A stretch of DNA of 64,000 bases from Ptychomitrium polyphyllum (lineage: Eukaryota), in the NCBI GenBank assembly GCA_973851085.1, contig OZ316775.1, positions 15,066,001 to 15,130,000 of the forward strand. The letters run 5' to 3'. Below the pieces are notes generated by a model that saw only the letters and a list, made by a program, of their open reading frames with translations, did not search any database and was not told where the DNA came from. The position numbers and the translations under genes are program-made. How positions within the stretch are numbered: the first letter of the stretch is position 1; every line of letters starts with the position of its first letter. This document shows positions 51,112 to 64,000 of the stretch, in pieces.

Positions 51112-53464
51112 TCAACCCTTTTGGATAACGACGGCGTTTAGAAGGCTTGCCCCTTCTATCGTTTGTGTGGGATTTGTGAGCATGATAGGAGGAAAGCCCA
51201 TAGTCTGTAGTTGATACGGTCCTGAGCGTCCAGGTCGAGCAGCATCTATGAACCCCCGAATGTCAGCAACAGTGTGAGTGGTGTTAAAACGAGCCACCAT
51301 GCGAGTTCCATCCGAAAGTCTCAGCTGCAATACAGACACTCGCATGCCTTACATAAGTACACATATCTTTACAAATTGGCAGAATTGAAGAAAATAACGA
51401 TGTCGATGATGATGATAACGAGTAGTCTGTGCCTAATGCTCTGGTCAAGTCTATGAACTTAAGCACTAATTTGCAACAGTCTGTACTAGAAACTGAGCAG
51501 GTTCTTTTCACGAGTCTGAAATTTGTGATAACAATGTGACATCTCATATCTCAATCTAAGTTGCTTCCGCCAAAATGATGTGAAAGGTGCGTAAATAAGT
51601 GAGTGGTTCAATGCCTGAATGGAGGTAGCAGGCTTCGCATCGTCAATAATTAAAGCCTGTGAAGACCGTGGTGCATCATCCGTAATCATCGAGGACACAA
51701 TTTCTTCAGAGCTTGCAGGTTTCGTGCCAAGAGTGTGTCCCAGCCCTTTGAATGGTACATACTTCGGTTCGGGAGGTGCCTGCAACTCGCAGCATCACCA
51801 TCACCAGATAATCTCTTAGTGTAAGGACGCAAAGTTCTATATTACCAAGCATTGGTACTTTGCTTAGGAATGCCATATACAACCAGAATACAGTAGATCA
51901 TGCAGCACAATGATCGTCCGGCAATTAATAGACATCATATTATAATGGACCGTTAAGGTAGCTAACCGGCCAGTCTTCCGTTGTTCTTTTCACAAGGTTA
52001 ACCTTCACGAGAACGTTTCGATCTGTGGACTCTAATTCTTTCGGACACTCTGACCTGTTGATGCTCTGCATATGGAGCTCACAACACATTTCAGATTTCA
52101 GTGGCGCTTTGATTTTGTTACAACAAATCACAGTGGTCGTCCTAAATCTCACTCACTTGAATATGCATAACCTGCCATAAACTACAAAATTCTCAACCTG
52201 TCATACATTATTTGGACCCTCCCCTTTTGTCTGACAAAGACCTGATGTCCAAGCACTCAATGGCGAACACATCCCTTGGATTAATGCGGAATTTCCGGTC
52301 CAAACTCATAAGTCTTACCTCAAGAAAAGGCAAGTTGACGACATCATCAAGTCTTCTCAATGGACCTTCATTGACGGTGAACCCGTTTCGCCAGAAGTGA
52401 ACGGTGTGCACGATCCCAGCCGGAGGAGAAGCTCGCGATCCCGGTTCCGAAGAAACTTGCTCTAGATGTCGATTCTCACCTATAAGAGTATTGGAAGTGC
52501 CCGGAAAAAATCCATCGCTCGCAGGAGCTGCTGGTCGAGGAGGCTCTGCACCAGGACCTTGTTGTGCTCCCAAGCTTCGTATACGCTCAAAAATGGCCTC
52601 CACATCGCGATAACTATGCTTCTTGGTAGGATCTTTTACTACCATGCCACTGTCACCAGTTCAGATCAGTACTGAAAGTTCAAACCCCTCAACATCCGAC
52701 ACCAACTTCTCACATTATCAACCTACATGCTTCTGAACACGAACATCCTCAAGTGTTCATCAGGGCAGGGAACTCAGTTATGAAATCCGAATCCAACACA
52801 AGCACGGAGTAACTTAACCCTAAAGTCGAAACTACTCACCGGCTCTCCTTTCCTTTGGCGTGCACATACCGATCAGTAGTTGCAGATTAAGTGCCGAGTT
52901 ACTAGAACCATGGAGCGCTGCTGAACAAATCTGTAAGAAACCATTGACTCGGAGGCGAGAGTACCTCTTCTCACCGCCGGTGTAATACTCTTGACCTTCC
53001 GAGTCACTGTCAGAATCGTGGCGCTTTCCCAAATCGCCGAGCGTCGTTACAAGGCCTCTAGATGGAGCGCTTTTCCTGCCGTTTCCTGATTCCTTACCAT
53101 TGGGTCTGCTTAGGCCATTTCCAAAAGACCCGAGGCGTGGAGGAGGATCTGGAGCTGGGACAGCGGCCATGGCAGCAGGAGAGATTGATTCCCAGGCACT
53201 ATCCAAAGTGCTCCCGTGCACAAGAGCTCCCGGCGCCATCGATTCTGGCTCCGAAATGCCCATGTTCTCATCTTCTGCCAAGTCGTAGTCTTCCATGTTC
53301 ATTGCAGTCGCCCGGTTCTGCGCCCCGCCGTCAGAATCAAAGAAAAGCTGCAAAGCCGGCTCGAGTTGCCATTCTGTGCTTTCCAAGTAAAACTGCGCCT
53401 GCTCAGGATTCGCTGTTGTCACCCCACAAAACTTCGCCACTAACTCATCTATTTCGCCCTCCAT
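51112..53464 (-). CDS. Plant UBX domain protein, p47/Shp1 type (UBA-like, SEP, UBX; PUX3/4/5 group), 5 exons
   Basis: UBA-like [81 protein letters not shown] box [26 protein letters not shown]...GFPP. Confidence 0.94.
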
Positions 53465-54415
53465 CCGCTACAATCAACCACTCCACAATCCCAAAACGCG
53501 GCCAGATGCAAATATTATAAATATTTATCGGTGGCAACGCTTTGATTTAATAGAGACCAGCTACCACAAACTCACCAATCACCACAGACAAACTCCGCAA
53601 ACTCCATCACTAACTCATCATCACCATCCATTCAACGCAGTTGCATACGTGCTGTTGTAAAACAAGCATGCACATCATATCAGATGCAGAAGGGAAATGC
53701 ATGGAAGAGACGCCGTGGCTCGCAAAGCAGGAGATCTGAAAGGAGCATGCAACAGCGGAACGCTCACATAGCCTACCATGTCATGAAGCGGCACTCCGTG
53801 TCTGATCATACAAAACCGTCAGTTGCGATCTCAGATCTCCAGAATCGTCTCCAAGAAACTCCGATCAAAAGCGCAGTTTGGCGTCCCAACCAAGACTGAA
53901 TCTAAACGTCAAAGAGCGGACAGTCATAAACATAGTCATGATATCATGTAGCCATTAGGATTCTGTTCGCATGGTTTTCCTGATTGGTATTCCATTGATG
54001 GGCCCCACAGAGGGGCAGTCCAAAAAAAGGGGTTCTCCGGTGTATGTGCTCAGCACACGATATTCTTTAGTAAAAGGCGAAAGAATAGTTCGCTCTGTAC
54101 TGAGCACCCAGACTGTAAAAGGATTGGAAGTTATGCTAAATTTATATGATTTGGTTGAGGGTGAGATGGGCGTTCAATATGGGATGAGTGGTTGTCATTA
54201 TGGAAGGAAGCAGTTGAACACTCTGAATATGGTCCAAATGGTAAGACTAAATCACATATACAATGTGGTTTTTTTAGTGCAATTGGCTGTTTCAAGGGAT
54301 TTGTGGGTCAGTTTCGCCTGAGGAGTTTATACTTGTATCTTTGTTCATGAGTCCCTTTGGCTTATGATGTAGTGGAGTGTAGTATCCTTGGAAGTGGTTC
54401 TAGAGATTGATTTGC

Positions 54416-56700
54416 TTTTAGGTTTTTGTATGAAGTACAAAAACAACCTTATAGTCTGCCCATCTCTACTTGTGAATTTACTTTTTTTTTTATTTTTATA
54501 AATTTACAATTGTAAAAGAAGTGTCTTATATGCTATCACGTTTTTTATGTGATATTGGCCATACTTGTTTAAGTTGTAGATGATGTTACAATGATATGGG
54601 AGATTTATTGATGTTTGAATGAGTTAAATTTTAGTACTTTTAGAATTGAACATGCTCATATTTTTAATTGTGGTGATTTGGAAAAATCTATTAAGTACAC
54701 TTTAAACACAATAGTTATGCATGTAGAATGAAAAAATGCCTTATTATTGATTTTGGATGATTTTGAGTATTACATAATTGAAAAATTCTATAGTTTAAAA
54801 GATAGAAAGTATTTGAATGTATTTGAATATATCTACAATTCTTTTGAAACACCTTGAATTACCTCAAAAATATCATATGATTTGTAGATTAGTTTTTTAA
54901 GGAAATATAAAGGTTGCATGTTTATTGTGCAAATTTTTTAATAATTAAAAATATATATATCCTTCTAAAACCTAGTCCTTAAATTGTATTTGAACAAATT
55001 TTTGAAGTTGTTTCAATTTCAAATCATATAAACTATAAAACATGTTTTGTTAAAAAATCCTCATCAAAATAAGTCAAAACTAAATAAGAGAAGAATCGGT
55101 TCAAAGCATTTAATGAATGTAAGAAGATCATTTAAATAATTGGAGTTCTCAATACTATTATGACTCTATGTATGAAGGCTACAATTTGCAATTGATAGTA
55201 CTAGCACTAAATGATAGTTAAGGTTTCATAAAATCTTAATAAAGAATTGAAGAATTTTATTGCAACAACCTGTTCTTTTTTGAAACTAAATTCAATTATC
55301 TTTTAAATACACTTTTTAATTTATAACTTGGAGAAATTTTAAGCTAATAATATTACTTTGAATTTATTGGTTTGTATCATTGTTTATACATGGTAGAGTA
55401 TTTATTGAAATTTATAATGTAATAAAAATAGAAATTTCAAACATAGTAAGCTATAGATGAAATGTTGTAACTTTTAAATTTTTGTACAAAGTACAAAACA
55501 ACCTTATAATTTGGTGCTATTTCTCTATGTTTATTTTCTTGCACTTACAACTTACTTTTATTTTTACTTTTTCATCATTTATTTTTTAACAATTTTAATT
55601 TCTATTGTTTGTTGTTTATTTATTTATTTAATATTTATTATTTATTTCCAATGTTTATTTGTATTGTTTATTTATCTATTTATTTTTTAATTTTAATATT
55701 TATTATTTTTAATTTATAATTTAATGTTTATTGTTTACATTTGTACTTCATTTTTATTTTTTTTTCTTACAATTGTATAGAAATTTGCATTAAAAGGCAT
55801 TATTTTGAAGATGTAATTGTTACTATTGACTAATAAAAATAAAGTTAAAAACTAAAGCATATGAAGTTACGTACTTGCTTTAAACTAGCTAAAAGCATAC
55901 AACTTGGCATCTAATGGATCCATAATAATTTCATTAAAATCTACTTTAATTCCAAATAAATGGAAAAATACTAATAATAATACACTTTTGAAAGTCTACA
56001 TTGCTTTGAACTAGACTAATTAAATACTTTAAACCTAACACAATTTTATTTATAGATTCCAAAATAATAATACAAAGTACTTACAATAATCCAACAAATC
56101 AAATTATAAAAGATCTTTGTTGTTGTTTTCCAAAATTGATTTTATCAAATCAAAATTAATAAAATTAAACATTGGAAGAATACATTATTTTAGTGTATGT
56201 AATCTTTTGACAGTAAAGGCCTTGTATTTAAAGGGTGATTGTAAAAAATATTTAAAACACATTTATAAATAATATATGGTACATAAAATAAAATTTTGAG
56301 ATTTTTTTAATATTCTATATATATACATATATAAATTATCTTCATTACTTTTAAGCTTTTAAATTTATTTACAAAATACAAAAAAACCTTATAATCTTGT
56401 TTTATTTGTCTATCCATTTGTATTTATAAAATTTAGTACTACTTTTACTTTTAATTTTGTTATTTATTTATTTATTTATTTTTATATTATTTGTTGTTCT
56501 ATATATTAAATTTTATTTACTATTTATTATTATTTTTAATATTTGCATTTAATTTTTAATTTTTTAGTTTTATCTTTTTATAATTTATTATTTATTGTTG
56601 TTTACTATTTATTTCTTATTGTATTAATTTGCTGTTTATTATTTATTGTTCATTTTTTTACTTTTTCAATTGTACAAGAACTTATATTGAATTCCATCAT
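54416..56700. repeat. Three degenerate ~0.9-1.05 kb AT-rich tandem units (probable non-autonomous TE remnants)
   Basis: Anchor tttta..ttt.t.ta..aa.tacaaaa..aaccttata at 54416, 55472 and 56357. Each is followed by T-rich tracts and caattgta..agaa (54508, 55770, 56667). Confidence 0.6.
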
Positions 56701-58841
56701 ATTCAAGACATTATAGCCCTTATATTAGTTTATAAATTATATTGTTGATATAAATAGTACTATCTATATAAATTTGAATTGCCTATTGGTTTGGCTCTCT
56801 GTTCTTATTCGTCTATCTGTCCTTGTCTGTCTATCTATCAAAACGCCTAATAATTCCCATGTTTGTTTAATAAAGGTCAACTGTACTTTGACCTTTGATT
56901 AGGTGTATTTAAACTTGTCTACACAGTATGCCCCATGTCTGCCATGCAAGTACCCCCAAGCGGGTGCAAGTAAAAGACAAGGGTGCGGGCAAAAAGGAAT
57001 GCAAGTAGAAAACATCCATGTGTAGTTTCTCTCTACCATGTCATAAAAGGCAGGTAATTAAAGATAAAATGTGAATTAAAAAATCCAAAAAGTATTTTTT
57101 TTTACATTAATTTATTTACCTTGGATATTCAAATAGATATGTCCGTCCATCCATCCATTTGTCCGTCCAATCTAAAAAAACAAGTTTAAAGTTGTATTTA
57201 TCCAATGAAACAGCCCTTGTGAAATTTACAATAACCTTCTATATAATACCAACACATTATTTCTTTACAGCATGTATAAACAATTGAATTAGTTGTACAA
57301 AAAATTGTTGTAGTAAATCACAAATGAAATTTAGTTTTGGACACTTATAAATTCTTCAACATTTAATCTTGTAATTTATAAAAATTCTCTTTGTTTCCAA
57401 TTGTTTAGACTCATTCATTTAGAAGAATTTTCATATGACTCACTTTTGTTCTTACACAATGAAATGTTGTAATGAGTGTAATATATTCCACCATCAAAAT
57501 AATTTACAAAAGCATCATTTCCTTTCTGGCATCAAGTGACCCTGATGTTCTGCCTTTGAAGTTGCCGACAAACATTGTCGCAGATATCTAGGCCATCACA
57601 TCACAAGGCCCATGTGAAAATCTCTGAGCGGCTCATAGAAACTGCCATTTGGACGTTTTTGAAGTCTGATGTTCTGCGCTTCTCCTTTACTAATAGTTGA
57701 TGTGAGTTTCTCAGTCGACCTGAAATCACATGAAAATTCATGAAAATCTCTGGCACTAGTCCAGCTGATTGTAATGCGAGTGGTTCCCACTTTATCACCA
57801 AATCCTCGTCTCCTGCGCCTGCAGGCACAAATTCTGCGTTGTTAGATGCTTGTGTTGTGTTATGTCAGCTCTGGCAATGATTCTTCACTAGGAGTTAAGC
57901 CAGATTCACTGTTACATACGTTGACAAATTAAACTTGGTCATCAATAAAAGAATCCTATCGTGATTCAGTACTTGGGACTAATTATAATCATTATCAATT
58001 AGTCGACATCTCTGAATCGAGAGCTGGATGGATCCTTGATTCAAGGATATGAATTCCCTCCCCATCTCCAATTTTGGACAAGACCTCAGGTCCAGTTCAA
58101 CATGATTTGGTCTCTGCCTTCGTCGTCCTCACCTCAGCTTTTACTCTTTACTCATGTACCCACAGCTCCTCGTACAAGGTTGCCACCGTCTAACTGTGGC
58201 ACCTGGCACTCCAGCTTCTACCTTCCTCTATCCTTGAAGATTCAAAAATATATATTGCACCAACGCACTTCGGATTAGAACTACTATATCTTCAACCATT
58301 TCCATACCAATCTGCTCATCCTTCTGAGAACCAGCTTGCAATACCATCACCCTCCAGTGTCCTTCGATCTACAACAGTGAATCGCTTGAAAATCACACCT
58401 TCGTCATCTAATGACATTGCTGCACTAGCTCTGATCAACACATTTAGTTGGAATTGGTGAGTACCCGTGGTTCTGCATGTCATTTCCTGTACAACCCAGT
58501 TCTTTACGAGCACCGATTTCATTCCGATCAGCAACTTGCTGTATGCTCTGATTCCTCACCGCTTTTGTGAACATCACCATGGCTGGTCTTTCAGTTTAGT
58601 CGCTCACAGTGGGTCACGTTGGATCATGCAATCATCAGCTGATGACATTGCTCCCAAAGCACTGATAATATAGCAACTAGGGGTTGTTGTGCATGTTCAT
58701 GTCCCTGCAAGCCACTTTTTAGCAATGATTTAGTTGACTGATCACATTCTTATTGTGTGCTAAGCTATTTTTAAAAAACTAATCTTGTGATGATCAATTA
58801 AGCGCGCTGTATTTTTATCAGTCCAGAATCAGTTCCTAGCC

Positions 58842-61086
58842 ATGGCGACTGTGATCAAGAAGCAGCCGAAAGACTCTAATTCAGAGCCTTCCAGCGCCGG
58901 AGTACAAGTGCTTGTCATCAAGCTCTGCAATAAACTATCTGACCTCCTCCGCTCAGTGAAGCTGAAATATGCTGTGAGAGGGTTGATCCAGTCGATGACC
59001 ACTCATGCCGTGGTCTGCATGCTGCTCGTTCCACTCTTCACGCTCGCCGTCATCGAAATGAGCCCCCTGGGCCACAGCACTTCAATTTTGCACTTCCTCA
59101 AAGCCCAGCTTCAACAATATAACGAAGTCACCTTGCTCCTCATCTCCACCACCTTCGTCTTCTTCCTTACCCTCTACTTCCTTACTCGCCCCCGGCGCGT
59201 CTACCTCGTGGACTTCGCCTGCTACAAGCCTGACCAGTCCAACTCCATCTCTCGCCAGGAGCTGCTCTCCGTTATGGACTCCACTGGCCAATACTCCCAT
59301 GAGTCCCTCGACTTTCAACGCAGGATCATCGAAAGCTCAGGCATGGGCGACGCGGCCTACGTCTGGAGGAAGGACAAATGTGCTCTGCCCATCGACCGCA
59401 CCATGAAAGCCGCCCGGGAGGAGGCCGCGGCCACCATGTTCTACTCGCTTGATGAGCTCTTCGCCAAGACGGGCGTGGCTCCCAAGGATGTGAAAATTCT
59501 GGTTGTGAACTGCAGTATGTTCAACCCAACACCATCGTTGTCTGCGATGGTGGTGAATCGCTACAAGATGCGGGGGGATGTGACGAGTGTGAGCCTTGGT
59601 GGGATGGGTTGCAGTGCCGGGTTGATTGCAGTGGACTTGGCGAAGGGTTTGTTGCAGGCGCATCGCAATAGTTTCGCGGTAGTTTGTAGTCAGGAGGTGC
59701 TGAGCCATAGCTCCCCATACTTTGGAAATGACCGGGGGAAGCTGCTGACGAATTGCTTGTTTAAGCTGGGCGGGGCAGCGGTGTTGTTGTCGAACAAGGG
59801 GTGTGATGGTTGGAGGGCCAAGTATGAGCTGTTACATACTGTGAGGACTCACAAGGGTGCTGACGATCACTGCTACCATTGCGTCTTTGAGGTACTAAAT
59901 TGTTCCAATGAATAAATTCATGAAACCTGATCCCCCTCTATCTTATAAACATTGTTTTCCCATTGCTCCATGAAGCCAATGGTCATATTTCGATCACTGT
60001 GTATTCATAGTAAGCGTGACGTTAGTGAGCCATGGATGTTGAAAATAGTTATATATCGCTTGGTTCAAGAATATGGATTAGAGAATTATAGGACTGTTAG
60101 TTGACGTGGATCCCATTGTCGCCCTCTGCTTTCTTTCTAGCAATGTTTATTGTTAGTCTAGAGTTAGTGAGATGCCAGTGTGCCATGGATTTTGAGATCG
60201 ATATTTGACAATATATCTAAGCACAGATGCTCTATTAGTTGACATGTATTGTTGCACATAGCTTTCGGTTTTGGGAACTTTTATGATGTTTTCTCTTACG
60301 TTGATGATTCGTTGTTGGAATAACTGTAGCCCTGTGGATGACGTGTACTTAAATTGTTTTTTGGTTGGCAGGAAGAGGATGAAGTTGGGGCGGTGGGAGT
60401 GACGCTAAAGAAGGAGCTGATGAGTGTGGCTGGAGATGCGCTAAAAACCAACATTACAACACTGGGTCCACTGGTGTTGCCATGGATGGAGCAGCTGCAG
60501 TTCTTCATTAACATGGTGGAACGGCAAGTGTTCAAGATGAGCCATAAGCCTTACGTTCCGGATTTCAAGCTTGCCTTTGAGCACTTCTGCATCCACGCTG
60601 GCGGTCGAGGTGTCCTGGATGAGATTGAGAAGAACCTGAAGCTCAGTGAGTGGCATATGGAGCCTTCACGGATGACTTTGTACAGGTAAAGGTTTCTCAG
60701 TATTTTGCTCACAGCTATATATTTTTACTTGTATATACACAAATTTCTATTAATAATTTAACTTTTTTCTGTCGCATGAGTTGATGGAATATGCATCTTA
60801 ATTCAGTTTAATCTGTTTCTGGTTGTGGTCCAGGTTTGGCAATACTTCCAGCAGCTCCTTGTGGTATGAGCTGGCCTACGCTGAGGCCAAGGGCAGAGTG
60901 CAAAGAGGCGACCGAGTTTGGCAAATAGCATTTGGCTCTGGCTTCAAATGCAACAGTGCTGTGTGGAGAGCTTTGCGCACCGTAGAGCCACCCGCACTCA
61001 ACCCATGGAATGATGTCATTGATCAGATGCCTGTAAAGGAAATTCCACAATGTAAATTGGTGCTCTCATCTGAAGTCCTTGACTAG
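58842..61086 (+). CDS. 3-ketoacyl-CoA synthase (FAE1/KCS very-long-chain fatty acid elongase condensing enzyme), 3 exons (58842-59891, 60372-60685, 60834-61086), 538 aa
   Basis: Two N-terminal TM segments; motifs [38 protein letters not shown] (Cys), [11 protein letters not shown] (His), [14 protein letters not shown] (Asn) and [16 protein letters not shown]; phases consistent. Confidence 0.96.
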
Positions 61087-63554
61087 GCTTCTTCATGAGG
61101 ATTCACCCAGTTTCTTGACAAGTTAGCACATTGCAAGCAGTTTCTGCACAAATGCAAAGTAGTGTTTTGCAAACATCTACTAGTATAGGGTATTTTTTAG
61201 TGGTAGTTTTAACAATGAAAGCTGCATTTTTGTTCCAGGTATCCTGTGCTCATGGGCCGATCCTGCATCCTAAATATATCAACAATTAAGATGAACTGCT
61301 TTGTAAGCATTTCTCGAGTATAATGATACAATCAATTTTCTAGTGGATGTCGTCATTGGAAGAGTTTGCGGTCATCAAGAACAGTCTTGCTATTTGATAA
61401 GAGTATACATTCATTGAAAACTAGGTGATTTGGTAGGCAAGTACTTCGAACTTTCTGGCCACTGCCTTGTAAGGTATTAATCTCATTCTAAGTGTCCATT
61501 ATATGATTTGCAGTCAAGCATGTTACATATAATAGAATTATCCATTAACTTTACAAAGAAGAAAATTTTGCAAAACAGATTTTGAAATTCATTTATGTTA
61601 CAAAAACAAGCAAATAAGCATTTTAGAGTGTGTTTTGATGAACCAATGAGTAGCTTTTGTTATGTTGAGGCATGGTTGGAGAGCTTCTTACTTTGGACCT
61701 CCTTAAAGGTAGTCAAATTTCTTCAAACTAACCCTTTAGTTGCCATAGGTGCCTAAAAATTCTTTTAAGTGTTTCTCCAAATTGGAAGTGCCTTAAAGCT
61801 TATATTATAAATTGTTAAAGACTATTATTCATAGAAAAAACATACTTTAAAAGTATAAAGTGAAGGACTTCTACTTAAATACATAACTCTTAATACAAAC
61901 ATTTCACAACTAAGGCTATAAACTATGTTTGAATACATGCTTAAAACACACTAAATTTGTTTACAAGAATGTTATTTTGAATACAAGAAATTTTTTTGGA
62001 TATGAAGAAGAATTTTCTATAAAACTTGTAACAAATATTCATTGTTGCAATTTCAATGCAAGCCAAAAATTGCATATATCAGATATAAATACATTTGTAT
62101 TTTTCATTGTTCTTACAAATACAGTGAACAAATTTGAAAATCACATGTGATTTTTTCTTTCAAATCAAATTTCTCAACCTATAACCATACGATTATCCTC
62201 ATTAAAGTGTTCATTTCCATTCTCATTAGATGTCAATTCATTCACTATATAAGAAAGAATCATATTGTATACCAATAAAAAGGAGAAAATTTGCTTTACA
62301 ACTTTAGCTAGTTTAGATCCACATTGAAAGTTAAGTTCCATTGATGGGCTCAACAAATGTACCCAGGTCTTTATTAGGACAAGGCCAAAGAATAATTCGC
62401 TAAGTGCTGAGCAACCGGTTGAGTAAGCTCTGAGTTTAAGCAGACTAACGTTTATACTATTTGGGTAACAAAAGAACGGCACTTAAGGTGGTATAACAAG
62501 CGGTCATACTGAAGAGGAGCATTTGCTGAACACTTTCAATAGGAAAACTGAATAAATACTATCAATATCGGGACAAGTGTACAAAACTGAGGAAATAATT
62601 ACATCAACCTGATTGATGGCTTTCTAATTTATAAATGATGCCAAACACTATCTAATTACAATACCTTTGAATCTCTATAATGGATACGTTCACATCAAGG
62701 TATAAAAAAGAACCCACGAAGACTACTCTTCCGGAATTACTAGCAAAATGGTGTATGAATACACCATCTCCAAGCAAATAATCTTCAACTCAATAATGGG
62801 GTTCTCTTCGTCAGTCCAAGCTTCAAGCAGATTGCAAAACAAAGAATGATTATGAAACTTGGAACTAGGCAGGCAGTTCCCAAAAGAAGAACCAAACATA
62901 TAAGTCATTTTCATCGACAAGACAGACGAATGACTCAATGTGTCATTCGCACTTGGATTGCATCTCGATGAAGCATACCTGCAATATCATCTGACAGTCA
63001 GTAATGAGACCAACAGTAAAGAAGAAACACCAGACAGCAAAAAGACCAGTTTGTTCTCAAAAGTACTCTCCATCAATACCCAGAGCTGACTATCCGTTGT
63101 TAAAAATCATGTTCGCACATTGTAGTTGCTTCACCATAAGCTAGTACATTTTGTGCATTCTAAGACAAATACGCTTCTCATGAAGTACTTCAGGCAGAGA
63201 AGACCAATGCAAAGCATAATGAATAGACTAAGTTTCAATTTTTTTCAATTTCAATAAATTCATAAATATTGTTCCAAAAAGGGAAACACGTTATACTCTT
63301 TCACAGTCTCGTGTACTCAGTGATGCACTGAGTAAACATCTGAAAACGACATCCTGGCAGCACTCACTCACAGGAACTAGACCAATGTCAACAATGGAAA
63401 TAGGAATGCTCTCACCTGTTCTGAAATACTTCAAGATCTGAACCAATCAGCTTCCTGCCGTTGAATATTTACAGCATGGTCACGAACTCAAAGACACGAT
63501 CCAATGGTCCTACTTGAAGATGCCATTCTCTATGATGCCGAATCCCTAATTTGA

Positions 63555-63958
63555 CTAGACCCCGGGACCAAACTCTCTGGTGGTGGTGACGGCGATGGCG
63601 AAGCTCTGGGTTGCAAAGGAGGTGTGCTTGCATCTGCTCCATTCAAGACAAAACTATGACTACACCATCAAGAGGACGATGAAACTCCATTACAGCAAAA
63701 CCACAGGTCTACCAATATCCTATAAAACCTAACAATGAAACTCAATAACGAATGTTGAAAAGGAAGAAAAAAAAAGGTCAACGAAAAGAAGGGAAACCTC
63801 ACCTCGAGCAGTCATCATCCGATCCATATTTGCAATACGTCCTTGAATAACACGCAGAGTAGACATAAGCGATGCCACACGCTTGCGCACCCCCGACAGC
63901 TTGGCAGCATGTTGGGCTACCATCGGGATCGGAGTATCTTCAAGCAACTTATCCAGCT
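63555..63958 (-). CDS. Snapin-like / BLOC-1 subunit (SNARE-associated coiled-coil protein), 3' part; gene continues beyond the window
   Basis: Exon 63958-63803 reads ELDKLLEDTPIPMVAQHAAKLSGVRKRVASLMSTLRVIQGRIANMDRMM, typical of plant Snapin homologues. The last exon and stop are uncertain. Confidence 0.7.
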
Positions 63959-64000
63959 CTGCAAACAAAAATCACAACAATCAATCCCACACTCTCACTC

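Overview
Eukaryotic land-plant nuclear DNA, most likely a moss. This is inferred from GT-AG introns, very AT-rich intergenic blocks, a chromovirus-type Ty3/gypsy relic and a bryophyte-type kinase relic. Exon models were built by hand and checked for reading phase. Genes in order: intronless subtilase (+); orphan 141-aa three-exon gene (-) head-to-head with plastid ribosomal protein S9 (+); kinase pseudogene; DM13/DOMON/cytochrome b561 protein (-); RZ-1-type RRM/zinc-knuckle glycine-rich RNA-binding protein (-); OCT7/SV2-like MFS transporter (-); Gly/Ser-rich protein with a bipartite thylakoid-lumen-type signal (+); NUP1/NUP136-like gene with frame disruptions (-); an uncharacterised multi-exon gene that seems to host a KUP/HAK transporter relic in an intron (-); gypsy LTR/chromodomain relic; p47/PUX protein (-); divergent 3-ketoacyl-CoA synthase (+); 3' part of a Snapin-like gene (-). 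No tRNA, rRNA or CRISPR array was seen. The best unexplained signal is three diverged ~165-nt hairpin-bearing units in the long, apparently spliced 3' region of the RZ-1 gene, a candidate RNA-structure regulatory module or ncRNA cluster.
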